A DNA stretch of 64,000 nucleotides from the human T2T-CHM13v2.0 reference genome, Homo sapiens (GCF_009914755.1 NC_060926.1), one strand, 5' to 3'; positions 20,482 to 34,099 are shown, numbered from the stretch's first letter. The notes: a model not told the origin generated them from the letters alone. Translations and numbers: made by a program.

Positions 20482-21607
20482 ATAACTCAGCTCTTTACAT
20501 CTTTTGTTCATGAGTAGCTGCTGCATTCACTAAGATTCATTCATTCAAATGGCAGAATGCATTCCTCATGCGCCACGTAAGAGAGATTATCAAAAACACA
20601 GGCACAAAGGAGAGAGCCTTGAAATCTTTCTCCTGGCTTAAAGTTGATGGATTATCTGCCTGGACCATATGCATTCTCCAGGAAGTTGTTAAACAGGTTA
20701 GTTTTATTCTCTGAGCTATGAGTCTTATGTTCTTACATTTTTCCTAGCACCAAGGAAATAATCTCTGAAGAAACCTCTTACTACATGAAATGGAGCAAAA
20801 TGTTGGCTTAAGATGGAGGATAAACTGAAGGAAAAACAAACATATTTGATATTACATTTGAGCCACCTATAATTATCTTATCAGAAATAATTCAATAATA
20901 GAACAAAACATTCTTTAAAAATGCAGAAGAACTAAAATATTTAAGGAGCCCCTTGTAGGCCAATGACTATTTGAATTTACAAATCGGCATAATGTCTTCA
21001 GTACAAGGCAGTTCTGTGAAATGGATAAACTATAGATTAACCCCAAAAAGTTTTGAGAAGAGTACATTATGTGTATGTGTATAGCACGCTGTATTTCAGT
21101 AATGGAAATGCTGAAAAATATGGTACATTCTGTATAACACAGTGGGTTATTTTCCACACGCCTAAGGTGTTTCTGGAATTTTTAAAATCCCAGGTCTGTG
21201 AAGTGTTTTGCTTCACCTGGGCCATGAAGAAGCCACTTATGAAGGTGTCACACCATCCCAGTGTTTGTTCCTATTGCCTTCATAGGTGGTAACTACCTAA
21301 TTCCAACTGTTGACGATGGAGTTCGTCATGTAGACATTCAGGGCCATGGTACCACCTGCAAGGGCAGGCACCACAGCCATAGAGAAGGTGGGGGATGCAC
21401 CTCCCTAAAGCCTCATTAAGGGAGATGAGAACATCCGAAGCTCCCAGTCCTTGGAAATCAGGGTAACATATTTCCTTCTGCTGGCTTCTTAAATTAAACT
21501 ACACAGAAGTTTACACAAAATTACATAGAAGTAACATGTGCTTCATTTGTTAATTCCAATTTCTAGGTGCCATTGAATATAAAGGCTTATTTGTGTCTCT
21601 TTTCTAG

Positions 21608-21699
21608 AAGTCTCAGCGCAAACGGAAATCTGTGACATTCAGCAAGACTGGAAGCCTTCATTCCTCAGTAATGAAGAATTCACCCAGCTGATGTTGGAG
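21608..21699 (+). CDS. NPAS2: NPAS2 exon 4 (92 nt), bHLH-PAS linker
   Basis: ctcttttctag|AA GTC TCA...TTG GAG|gtgaaa; (E)[30 protein letters not shown]. Confidence 0.96.
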
Positions 21700-23765
21700 G
21701 TGAAATGCACTTTCAAAATAGCTTAAACAGTTGCCAGTTAAAATGTAGCTACTTGTTGCAGATAAGTCCCTGTACCCAAAGGAAACTACTGTTCTTGATC
21801 CTGGGAAGACTTGACTTTGAAACAGATACCTCCCTGAGGCTCTCTGCCTGCTGTTGCCTATGGGCCATGTCAAGAAGAATCCCAAAATTGAATGTGGTCA
21901 CGTGTTTTCACTACAGTGACCACAGGATGAGCCCCTTGATGGTGTCACAACCAGAGGACACCTTGCTGGGGAGCCAGGAAGGGTGGGTTCGAGGTAGGTA
22001 GAGAGAGGAGAAGGACAGAGGGAAGATGAATCAGCTTGCACTGTCATTTGACTCAGAGAGTCTTCTCTTAGACTGCTATGATTATACATTTTTTCCCTTA
22101 GTAGAAACACGTTTTGAAATTAAAAATTGTCTTTTTAAGATATGCTTTGAACTTGAACTCATGTTACATCCACATGGCATACAGATATCAGCCACAGGGA
22201 TCCCGTGCCTCCCCATCCAGCTCATGTCCTTTCTGTGCTGAGTGAGATGCTCATGTTCCTCCCTCTGGGTCAGAGGCCCCATACTCATCTACAGGGCCGT
22301 ATTTGTGAAAACCTGGCTGATCTAAATGAGTCCCTTTCCTCAACATCATGTATTTGTATATGGGTGAAACTCCTCAATGCAGATAAGCATAAGCCTCTAC
22401 AGAAACAACTGCCAACGTGCTGTGGCTTCTCACCTGGAGATAAGTTTTGGAGTATATGGATATGGCAGTGGGTCAGAGAAAGCTCCAGGCATGACATATC
22501 CACGCCCGCAACCAAGAGGAGGCAAACTGGGACAGATGAGCTCAGCAAAAGGAAGTTAGACGCTGGCTGTGACCAGTGGTTCCTGGCAGGGTGTTTGGAG
22601 AGTGGTTTCTGGGGATAAATCTTTCTATCTCATATCTTATGTGCCTATATAAGACTGATGTAAACTTCAATTTACATAGATTAACTTGCAGAAAACAGAA
22701 AGTACTGGAGTAAGAAAATGCCAGAATGAAGATGTCCAAATATTATGAAATGTAAACGCATTAATGAACATTTGCATAAGATGAAAGATACTTAAATCTA
22801 CATGTGAACTATATTTAAAGAAAATACAGAACTTTCTGCAGAAGCAATGCATTTTTAAGTATGTTAAATTTAAAGCAGCTTGTGAAATGTTGAATTAATG
22901 TATCATTATGCTAATTTACATAAATCGATTTATCTTTTAATTCTTATGGAAAAGTAGTTAAAACACATAACCCTATAGCAGCAGCCTTTTTTTAAGAGCC
23001 TGTAGCACAACCTTTTTTTTTTTTCCCAGTTAGTTTCAAACTATCAAAAGTATTTGAGGAAATAGGGCTTTTGTAAAGTTAAAAATGAATAAATTTCGGG
23101 GCTAGAAGACGGGACTGAGATTCAGGAGACTGGAATTTCTAGACAAGGAAGATTGATATTTGTATAGTCTTTATGCACTTTCCCTTGCTCCCGGTGTAGA
23201 CTCCTAGAAGCCGGTGGAAAGGAAATCATGCTAGATGAATGAATTGGATCTGAAATTAAGCCTGCACAACCAGCAGGCCTTCTGGGTGAATGGCAGCTGT
23301 GAGTGGTCTGGAAAGTCCACCAACTAGTACTGTTGACCCTGACTGTGTCAGGCTTCTCTTCCAACCTGTTGCTCTTCAGTAGACACAGACCTAGTGCTGA
23401 GTGACTGGAGCCTTCTAGCATCTCCTCCCTGGTGGCCTGAGCCCCAGCTGTGGTTGGGGGAGATGGGGAGCTCCCACGGTGATGTCACCATTGTCCAGTG
23501 CAACCTTCCCATAGCATGGGTCTCTCTCCAGCTGCCCATCTCTCTGTTTTTTTTCAGAGCCATTTCAGAGACTGTGAAGAATCCAGGTGCCATGTCTTAG
23601 TGGCCAGGATGTTCCCTTTCTAAAATGAGGACAGAGCCCAGGAGATAACCCATCATGTCCCTAGGGAACTGCTAATGCCCTCCAGATGTGACTCCCGTCT
23701 TCTTCCCTCTTCTCTCTAAGAGGCACAAAACCAGACTCCAGGAGGACTCACATAGCTGTGAAGTT

Positions 23766-23813
23766 TGAAAAAACAAAATTGACCTGGCTGAAAAAACAAA
23801 ATTGACCTGGCTG
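23766..23813. repeat. Perfect 23-bp tandem duplication
   Basis: tgaaaaaacaaaattgacctggc x2 + tg. Confidence 0.95.
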
Positions 23814-24569
23814 CAGACCAGCCAAGCTGGTAAAGTATCAGCTGGCAAAGACTGTGGCTACCAGCATTGGAGCAGTTGCACTCAAAAGGAGCCAAAGTGC
23901 CTGTGGCCTGCGGAATAGGGAGCTTGTGGAATTTCTGAATTTTAATCAGAAAAGCAATCTCTTCTCTTAGCCCAGAGGTTGTCCCAAGGAACACAAGAAA
24001 TGTTCCATCTGATTCAGGAATTTGCAGAAAGGGAAGGTTTCGTTTCCCTCTAATGTGTGGCGGTTAGAAAATTCTGGGCCATTATGGCACCTTTGGAAAC
24101 ACCCCAGTCAAAATCACCATTCCATGGATAGGGGCACAGCACTTTGCAATCACTTGCTGTTGAATCCCTTTCAGATGCTACTGATGGGACTTCCAGAACC
24201 ACAGCCAGCTTTCTTAAAGCAATGACTCAGTGCAGTTCTCATAGAGTTGATGGAAATGCCAATGAGCTGATGAAAGTTATCTCCCGTCTATAAATACCTT
24301 CAGCTTTTTAACACCCGCTTGCTTTAGACATTCAGGAGGGACATGGGCTCACTGTGCAAGACGATTTGCACTGCCCTTGCTTTTCCCAGCTTTCCAATCT
24401 GCTTTTTCCAGAAAAGTCTCACTGATGTCATCAACAGTGCCCTTACCCCTTAAAAAAATTCACCTCCTAGAGGGCTTCATAGATGACTTTAAAACATTTT
24501 TAGAAAAATACCTGGGAAGGAAAAGTTACTGGGATGTACTTCTTCGTTTACTGTAACTCAAATCTAACC

Positions 24570-24747
24570 CAGCATTTCTCAATCTTGCACTATGGTCATT
24601 TTGGACCTGGTAGTTCTTCGTTGTGGGGACTCTCCTGCATATTACAGGATGTTTGGCAGCACTAGATGCCAAAGTCACCCACTCCAGTGGTGACAATCAA
24701 AAATGCCTCCAGACATTACCAAAATTGCCCCCAGTTGAGAACCACTG
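24570..24747. mobile_element. MER20 (hAT-Charlie)
   Basis: cagcatttctcaatctt...gtgacaatcaaaaatgcctccagacatt...aaaattgcccccagttgagaaccactg. Confidence 0.8.
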
Positions 24748-25396
24748 ATGTCATCCAAGAGGACGAGGTCCATTTAAGAAACGTACTTGAATCTGTTTTT
24801 CAGTCTAAATCCTACCAGCTGTCGGTGTAAAATAATAAATGAGTCTAGTGTTAATTTTCCTGGTGAAAAGAACTCTTTCCCCTTTCGGCATGGTATAAAG
24901 GTGCCCTTCATGCACTGCTCGTGGCCTCTTCCGGGTTCCCGCTGCCATGCACTTCAGCCACACCCTCCTAATGTGAAAGAATGAATTGTCCACACAGATT
25001 CTCAGACATCACGTGACCATCTAGTTGAGTGCATGCAACATGTTTCCAGAGCTTTCTAAGCACATATTTCACTTTTTTTCCTAAGCAGAAAAATGTCCAG
25101 ATTCGGGGAAGATAGTCAAAGAAAAAGTCAGTGAACCGACAGTGACAGGTTTCCAGTAAAAGTCTCCCTGAGCTATTATTCCCTTAAAGACTTGCTTTCT
25201 GGAGAGGTAGGCTTCATTTCTAGTCTCCTCCCCCTCACTGGCACACCCTAGACAGCCAGTTGCCACTGTGATCCTATTCTCTGCTGAATTATGTCGTCTT
25301 TATTTTAGAAATCAACTATCAGATACATATTGTGAAAGCACTGCAAGCATCCACACAAAAATAAATCCCAATAAACAATCTAAAACCAGCAAAAGT

Positions 25397-25699
<303 letters not shown>

Positions 25700-26450
25700 C
25701 CATGAGCAAAAGTGTCTGCTTTATGAGAAAGCATTGCCCACCTTCAACCTATTATATCACAAGCACCCAGGACAGTGTGCCCAGCATAGAGTAGGCACTC
25801 AGTAGAGACTTTCAAATGCATGGATTTTTCAGACATTCTGAAATGCTTACGGATCCAGTTGAGTTACGCAACCCCCACACCCACCCAGCCCTGTAGAGTA
25901 ATGTGAATGTTCTTTACAAACAGTTCCTTCAGTGGGCATTTCTCTTGTGGCAATGAATGTGAGCAGAGGCCTGCCTTGGCCAACAGGCACACTTTCTGTT
26001 TTTAATGCATCTGTTAGGTCTGATACCTTTATCAGGGCAAATGTTTACCATTGAACTCAAAGTGATGGCAGGGGTAGGGAGATGGGAACCATAAACTATG
26101 GCTGATGTTTTCTAATGGCAAGGGTGGTATTTCTGAATCAGGCTAATAATATGCTTATCATTAAACCTACTTAGGGAATTTCCATGGCTAAATGTTATTT
26201 GATTATGCCACTAGGTCACATTTTTCACTGATCCTGTAGTGCTTTTGCAAACACTTTTCCTGGGCCAGACACATTTTCTGTAAGAAGCTGTCCTCCGTGG
26301 AAGGCCAAGAAGTGCCGTGAGGTTATTCATGGAAATATTCTGAGGATTATAAAACAAAGCCAGTGTCCTAAAATAGTGTCCTCTGCATCAGTGACATGCT
26401 CCTCCATAAACGCATTGCTAAGGAGCTTTCAAATGTTGCATTTTCCACAG

Positions 26451-26540
26451 GCATTAGATGGCTTCATTATCGCAGTGACAACAGACGGCAGCATCATCTA
26501 TGTCTCTGACAGTATCACGCCTCTCCTTGGGCATTTACCG
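26451..26540 (+). CDS. NPAS2: NPAS2 exon 5 (90 nt), PAS-A start, contains His119
   Basis: ttttccacag|GCA TTA GAT...TTA CCG|gtgagt; [30 protein letters not shown]. Confidence 0.97.
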
Positions 26541-27197
26541 GTGAGTTTCCACTCCAATGGCCTTTACCGGTTCACGTTACCATGTTTCTGTTGAGAATCA
26601 TTAGATCTCAGATGGAAGGTGGTGCAGGTGTCAGGGGGCTGCAGGTGAGAAGAGGGCGGAGAGTAAAGGACTGCTGAGTTTTGGGGACAGGACCAGGCCG
26701 AGGTCAAGGTCCCAGGAGCCTTCCAGGAAAAGGGCAGATGCAGGCGTGTGCCATCCTGGAACAGGCAAGGCCTGGAGTGGGAGCTGTGGCTACAGATTCT
26801 TTTTCTGGGTCAGAAATGGGGACTGATGAGAGAGTCACAGCACTGTTAGTGGAGCTCAGAGCCATCATGGAGGCTGACAGACATCCAGGGTCACCTGACA
26901 GCTGATCAAGGGAGAGGACAACAGATGGCTTGGGTTGAAACACGGTTTGGGGCTTACTTGGGACATGTCTGAGGTTGCAAGTGGGTAGCAACACTTAGTG
27001 GTGGTAAGGGTTTGGCAGCAGGGCCGGTTCCTGGGGGTTGAACTGCTCTGGGAAGACTGATGTCTTGGAAGACCTTGGGGAGTGAGGAGTGTCTGGGTGG
27101 ACCAGGAGAGGGTCGGCTTTGCATTCCAGAAGTGCACGATGGAAGCTCCAAGGTGGCAGAAGGGGCTGTGGTATGGTCACAGGCCCTGACAGATGTC

Positions 27198-27301
27198 CCT
27201 CCCCACTCTTTCCCTCCGTTCCTTCCCTTCTTATTCCCTCCTCCCTCCCTCCCTCCTTCCCTCCCTCCCCCCTTTCCTCCCTCCCTCCCTCCCTCCTCTC
27301 T
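27198..27301. repeat. Polypyrimidine (CCCT/CCTT)n low-complexity tract
   Basis: ccctcctccctccctccctccttccctccctcccccctttcctccctccctccctccctcc. Confidence 0.9.
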
Positions 27302-27455
27302 GCATAAGCCTTGCTGGCTCTCTGGTAACCCCCAACACAGGATGAAGTGACTCATGGGTCTGCACCTGGCTGGTGGAGGACCCACCGTTGAGGCTCCCTC
27401 ATGGGCATCTGGCCAGGCTTCCATCTCCTGCCACACCATTGCCTGTTCCTGTTCC

Positions 27456-27911
27456 TAGGCGGCAGCTTCGATCTGCACACAGCATCATTGTGAATGACAG
27501 CTGTACCAGGAGCAGCACGTGTGATGGACAAGAAAAAAACGTCCTCTCTCCGCTCTCCTCCCAGTGAGCCCAGCCAAAACCTTCCCCACCACCCCCGACC
27601 CCTGCTCATCCATGGATAGGTGGCCAGTTTATGTGATGAAAAGAGGAAGGCTTGCCCTGGATTCACACATAGGAAAGCTTGGGCCAGGATGATGCTGGAG
27701 GACCGCGGTTCCCTCTCCTTAGCTGCCCCTGCCCAGGGAACAGCGTGGCCTTGTTCCATGGGCAGCTTCCATCTGCCTTGGGGTGATGAGCCCAGCTCTG
27801 CTGATGGCCCAGGGCTCCACATCATCCTGGGTCATACCTTTCCCTGGAAGCCACTCCCTTATCCCACCATTAGTGCAAATGATGCTGTGTGCAGATCGAA
27901 GCCGCTGCCTA
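27456..27911. repeat. Nested inverted repeats (fold-back element), 34-bp outer arms
   Basis: taggcggcagcttcgatctgcacacagcatcatt (27456-27489) is the reverse complement of aatgatgctgtgtgcagatcgaagccgctgccta (27878-27911) at 32/34; further nested arms inside. Confidence 0.92.
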
Positions 27912-29204
27912 CATTTTTCTTTGCATTCGCTGAGCGGTGGCCCACAAAAGCATTTTTTATGTTGCTAAGCAGATGCCTTCCCAGTAGGCCCTAATCTAAC
28001 CTAATCTGTCTCCCCTTTGTGTTCCAGCCCATTTCCTAAAACGAGGGTGCATCAGGCTGGTGGTGGGGAGCTGGGGGGCTCTCTCCTCTTGATAGCCATC
28101 AGAAGTGGCTCATCCTCACTCGGCCTGAAGGAGGAAGCTGAGGGTGCAGCTGCACCTTGATTTTCATCTCTGGCCAGGAAGCTAGTGATGGGGCTGACAC
28201 CATGAATACAGAAGTGATCCCCATCATCACCCCAGAGAAGCTGGGCTGATCTGAGGGTGTCTGAGGACAGAAGAGGAGCTGGGGTATTCTTTGGAGGGCG
28301 CTTGTGTTTTGTATTGAATGGCAAGGGCTCGGCAGTGGTAGGCACTGACCGAAAGCAACCACACGTGGCCTGCTTATTGACCTGGGAATGAGAGACAGGA
28401 GCCAGAACTGTTTGGGTAAACAGGATTTGCACTGTTCTGCTTTATGCTCTTGTAATTATCTGATGACCCAGTTGCTGTACGTGGCAGACGGGACTTAGAA
28501 AGTAAGAGGGAAATTCTTCTGACTTGAAATTATGGAGCAATTTAGGACCACTTTCATAAATTATTTTCTAACTCTACAAGGGCCAGAAATGACCCGACTC
28601 TAATTTATCAATGCTGGACCCACTTGAATGCAAACTAAGACTCTGTATATATATACCCATGCCCAGACACATACAGTGAGTCAGCCCTCAACTCCCTGGT
28701 GCAGGTGAGCCTGGGCCAGGCAGTCCCCAAATTTAACTGCAATTTACTTTCAGCTTTCATTATCCAGTTTTCACCAGGATCTTCCTTTGCAAGTGGGTAG
28801 GCAAAGGCTGCTGAGGATGGAAACTTCCCTGGTGCAATCAGCATACAGCTGGTTGGGCAGAGGAGCGGATCTGGGAGTCAGACCTCTATGACTTCCACTA
28901 TGGGGAGGAAGCCCCAATGGCCCAGGCAGTGAGAGGCACAGTGGGGCTTACCCCAGGGGTAGCTGACTGCAGAACCCAGGCTGGTCACCAGTCTGCTCTG
29001 GTGTCTTTCTGGTGCCCAGGATTTGGGTCATAATTTAGGAATTCTGATTTTGGTTTGGTTTACTTAGATGCATACTTAACTATTAAATATCACTCCTTGT
29101 GAGCCCAGGTCCTTTCCACAGATGATGCAACATTTCAAAACTTGTGAGGTTGTCTTTCCTTTTGCAATTTTGTTGAGAGATTTTACCCATTAAACCTTGG
29201 GTGA

Positions 29205-29490
29205 CTAACACTGAGCACTTACAATGTAGCAGGCACCATTAAGAGTCACTCACATGCGTTAATATGTGTAGGCGCATAGAACCGTGCCTGGCCCAGAGCG
29301 AGGCTGTTTTATATTTGCTCTCCTTATCCTTATGGATCCTATGAAGTACATAGTTACCCAGTTCACAGATGATGAAACTGAGGCACAGAGAGATTGAATA
29401 ATTTACCCAAGGTTCCACAGCCAGACAGTGAAGAGCTGGGATTTGAACTCAGGCACTTTGGCTCCAGAGCTTGGTGCTTAACCACTCCTC
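29205..29490 (-). mobile_element. MIR
   Basis: cagatgatgaaactgaggcacagagagattgaataatttacccaagg...gagctgggatttgaactcaggc. Confidence 0.8.
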
Positions 29491-29980
29491 AGAATCCTAT
29501 ACGGGACACAGTAAAGCTGAATGTTCTCAGAGTGTGGGGCTCAGAAAGGGAGAATGAGGAGCTGAGAGGTGGTGGTCGCTCCTCGAGGAAGAGGCGGCTC
29601 TTGAGGTGGAGGTCGGGACACAGGGTAGTCAGGGGGCAGGAGGCTGTGGGCCCCAGCAGCAACGCCCCTCTTGGTGTCAGGCCAAGCACAGGCTGGCCTG
29701 CTGGGGTCCCCTCCCATGCCCCTTGTGTGACTGGGGATTGGAGAGCCATTGTAAGGGGGATGAGAGCAGCCAGAATTCCTTCCCACTTCTCAGGCTGTGG
29801 GGCTTCAAGTCTCTCTCTGTTTCCTTCACACTGCCAACATCTCAGATGTAACAGAAGCTCATGTGATAGATTTTCGTACAGCAATTTCTGATGAAATAGC
29901 CTAGAACTTTCTTTACCAAATTGGCAGAGAAAAAAGAGAATAAAATAGCTGAAAGTGAAAGTGATTTTAAGATGAGAACT

Positions 29981-30439
<459 letters not shown>

Positions 30440-31219
30440 TCACGTGCCTTGGACAGAATGGGGAAAGAGTACGGCTGAGGCAGAACCAAATGAGAGACCA
30501 AAAGTAGGCATAATCTGTGTTTCCTGTTTGGGCTTTTATTTGATGTTTTGAAAGTTAGCTTCCTGGGTTACTTTCTGATTTGTTCCTAGATGCAGTGTTG
30601 CCTAATGAGCTGGATCGTGCTAAGCTCTTAAGGCAGACATCATATCCCCAGCCCTGAACATTTGCCATGTGCCTAAGTGTTCATTGAACGAGGGACTGAA
30701 TTCATAACTGGGGTTATGAGCAACTGCAAGCAGCTTGGCACGGGTGGGGAGTGCCTTGGATGTGAGAACTATGTGCATGGATAACCCTACCTTCCCCAAA
30801 GAAAACAAGGCACAAGTGTTCATAAAACTGGAGAAATCTGCAGGCCAGAAAATACTTCTGTATCATGCTGGCTCGCCAGGTACAAGCCCCAGCGAGAAGA
30901 AAATACAAGACCAGAATGGGATATGGAGCCAAGTTCCTGTGGCAGGGGCACAGCAGGAGGAGATCCCAGGAAAGGAAAGCCAAAGCCCCTGGCCTGTGTT
31001 AACACAAAACACAGCAGCAAGGCCAAAGCCATGAGACACCTTTTCAGGAAGCATCCCTCTGCCCTTCCCACCCCACCCTGCCCTCACCTGCTGGAAGCTC
31101 CCATCTGATTGATCCACATCATTTTGTCAGAGGTGTCCCTGGGTCGGAGCAGAGCCCTGACAGGTGCAGCTGCAGCTTAGAGTTGATCATGGATTAAAAG
31201 ATTCCAGGCCTCTAGTTAG

Positions 31220-32770
31220 ATTTTTTTTATGCCTTTTGATTTTTATATACCATAAATACAGATGTGTGTATAAAACATATGTTCAGTATTAAATTGACCA
31301 AGTGAACATACATGCAGCTGTCACTGAGGTGAGCAAATAGAACATGGCTGGGACCACAGAAGCTCCTGTCTGCCCCTTTTTCGTCACACGTCCACCTTCC
31401 ACTTGGAGGCAACCATTTTCCTGACTTTTAAGGTCATTGTTTGCTTGTTTTCCTTTGTAGTTTCACCAACTTTGACTTCACTGCTAAACTCTTTAGTATC
31501 GCCTTTTGTTTCACCGTGTATAAATGGAATCATTGAAAATGGACTCTTGTGACTTCTCCTTTTGCTCAACATCGTTTGTGCTTCGCATCTGCCTCACACT
31601 GGCAGATGTAGCTGCTGTGGGCTCTTCTTATTGCTGGGTGTGTTCCATCGTAGGAATGTGCTGCAATTCCTGCATTCATCCCAGTTAGGGATTCTTGGAA
31701 GGTGCTTCCATGAACATCCTGTAGTGTTTCCTGATGAACGTTTGCAAGCATCCCTGGAGGACTGACTAGATGTAGAATGGCTGGGTTGAGGGAAGTTCTG
31801 CCTCCACCTTTACTAAGTAACACCAGAATGATGCCATAGTGGTGGCACCAGTCTGCCCTGCACCAGCAAGGTGGAGACGTCGCAGTGCTGTGGCATCAGA
31901 ACTTGGCATTGTCAGACTTCTTGTTTTTGTCAGTCTGGTACATGAAGGTGTCTCATGGAGTTGTACTTTGCTTTTCTCTCGATTACCAATGAGATTGAGT
32001 GTCTCTTTATATGTTTGTCAACCATTTAGATTTCATCTTTTCCGAATTACTTGCTCAGGTATTTGGACATCCTCTTTGATTGGGTTTTTTCTTGCAATTA
32101 TGAGTAGGCTTTCTTTCCGCGATCTGGACACAAGTTGTGGGCAGGTATTGTTTTAATTACCTCTCATTCATCCCACCCTAGGGTAATGCGGATGTCTGAA
32201 GACTCCACAGCTGACACTGGATGAGGCCAACAGCAGTTAATTAGTCACAGATACTCACAGCCCAGATGAGGACCACACAGGGCCACAGGGGGCTGCACGT
32301 GGGAAAAGAGTGAACCAGCAGGGGCTATGGGAAGCAGGCTGTGCAGTAAGAAGAGGGTGAGGTGACCCCTGGTCCCCACAGGAGGACATGATTGACATGT
32401 TTGAATAATTCCACAACCTGCTACTCAGGGATGAGCAGAAACTGTACCTGTCCCCATGATAAGAGATGGGGGCTTGGCTGGGGGACCTCATCCATGGGTC
32501 TGTGTGGGGAGGGAACCTGCAGTTAGGCCATTTGAGGCCCTTCCAATTTTACCAGATGCCAAGGCAGCATATAATTTAGAACCTTAATTTTGGGCCATAC
32601 CACAGACGTATGTGTTGCAAATACCCTCTCTCACTTTGTGGCTTACCTTTCCCCCTTTTTTAGGGCATTTTGATGAACAGAGATTCTTTCTGTATAATTG
32701 GTACCTTTTATATCTCAATTAATTCTTACTATTACAAAGTCAAAGCCATTCTCTACACTACCTTCTGAAA
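31220..32770 (-). mobile_element. Old L1 (L1ME-like) fragment, interrupted by an LTR
   Basis: ggaggcaaccattttcctgact...tataaatggaatcat...tttgctcaacat...ggcattgtcagactt...attaccaatgagattgag; resumes after 32604 (tgttgcaaataccctctc). Confidence 0.65.
32136..32604. mobile_element. ERVL-class solo LTR (MER74/MER54-like)
   Basis: Starts tgtgg, ends ccaca (TG...CA), interrupts the L1; shares motifs (cagggccaca, ccagatg(c/t)caa) with the LTR at 42580-43426. Confidence 0.6.
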
Positions 32771-34099
32771 GCTTAACCATATGGCCGTTAGTTTGACTTT
32801 GAATCTAAACTGAATCTAAGTGGATCAAATATGCCTCCAACTTCCTGGACCTTTAGGGAGACCAAGGCCCCAGTGACTTCTCTTAAGCCGTTCTTTTCTC
32901 AAGGTGAAGTTTCTCCAGGGCTGCTCACCATTGCCTCTTCTCACTGCAGCCAGCACAGATCTCAAGCCAAAACTGCCAGAGCGCCTCAGGGACACTCTGG
33001 GAGGAAGTGTCCATCCAGCCTACTTCCAGCTCAGCCTCAGTGTGCTTTTAGTACAGGCTCATTTAACATAGCTGGGTGTCCCTGCACTGGTGCTGCTGGT
33101 TCAAGGCCCGTCAGGCAATTAGGAGAGAGGACTGCCCACCTCCACAGGCAGGTGACCTTCCCGATCGTGGGACTCGGCTGTAAAGACGGCTGTGGATGGC
33201 ACATTCCCTCCCTTGTCTCCATAATTGCTATTATTTTAATAAACAGAACTCAGCTCATTCAAGGGACCGTTCAACTGCCGATGTAATTTTCTCACCTGTA
33301 AGCACTAGGGTTAAAAATTTCAAGTTATCATTGTTTGTGTTGGTTTTCAGCATGTGGAAGTAGCATAATAGCAATGTACTAGCAAATACATGCAAGAGCC
33401 AAGCACAGTCTGGGGCCCTTTCTGTGTGTTAATTCACCATCCTCGCAACCTCCCACATATCATACCTGCCCCTACTTGCATCCAGCGTTCGTCTTTATTC
33501 TGTGCAGAACCCGTGTCCTGATATTGGCCCTCGGACCTGTATCAGTAAAGTTCTCTCACACAGGTGACCCGGCCAGGCAGCCACTCAGCCTTGCTCTCTG
33601 CCACACCCACCGTCAGGGGAAGTGGCTTCAGATGGAGCCCTCCAAGAAGAGGCCATGGAGTCACTTAGTTTTCATTTTCAAGTATTTGAAATATCTTTAT
33701 GAAGAAAGACTACTGTCATCTGTGAACATGAGTCATCTTCTAAAAAAACTAGAGAGAATGGGCTTAAAATAAAACCAGGAACATCCGAAGAAACTTGGAG
33801 AAAGCCAGAATGAGAAATGGTAGCATAGACGAGAGAGGATCCTGGTAGAGTTTCGTCCATAAAGATAAAGACCGGTGCGTCCGAGCCAGAGCCTGGAAGC
33901 CATGCTGAGTCCTTCCTTTCCCTCCTCCTGTCCTCCGATCAGCCACCAAGCTGTGTCCACTGTCCTCACACCCACCGGAACACTGACTGCAGGCAGGGAG
34001 GGGCTCTGCCTGCTTCCCAACGTGTCTTCCCCATGCCCAACAGCGGCTGGCACATGGCGGCCCTCAGCAAGTATTGTTTGGACTACGATATTGATGAGT

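Noticed and set aside
28143-28156. Perfect 14-bp palindrome ggtgcagctgcacc
   Set aside because: About four such palindromes are expected by chance in 64 kb.
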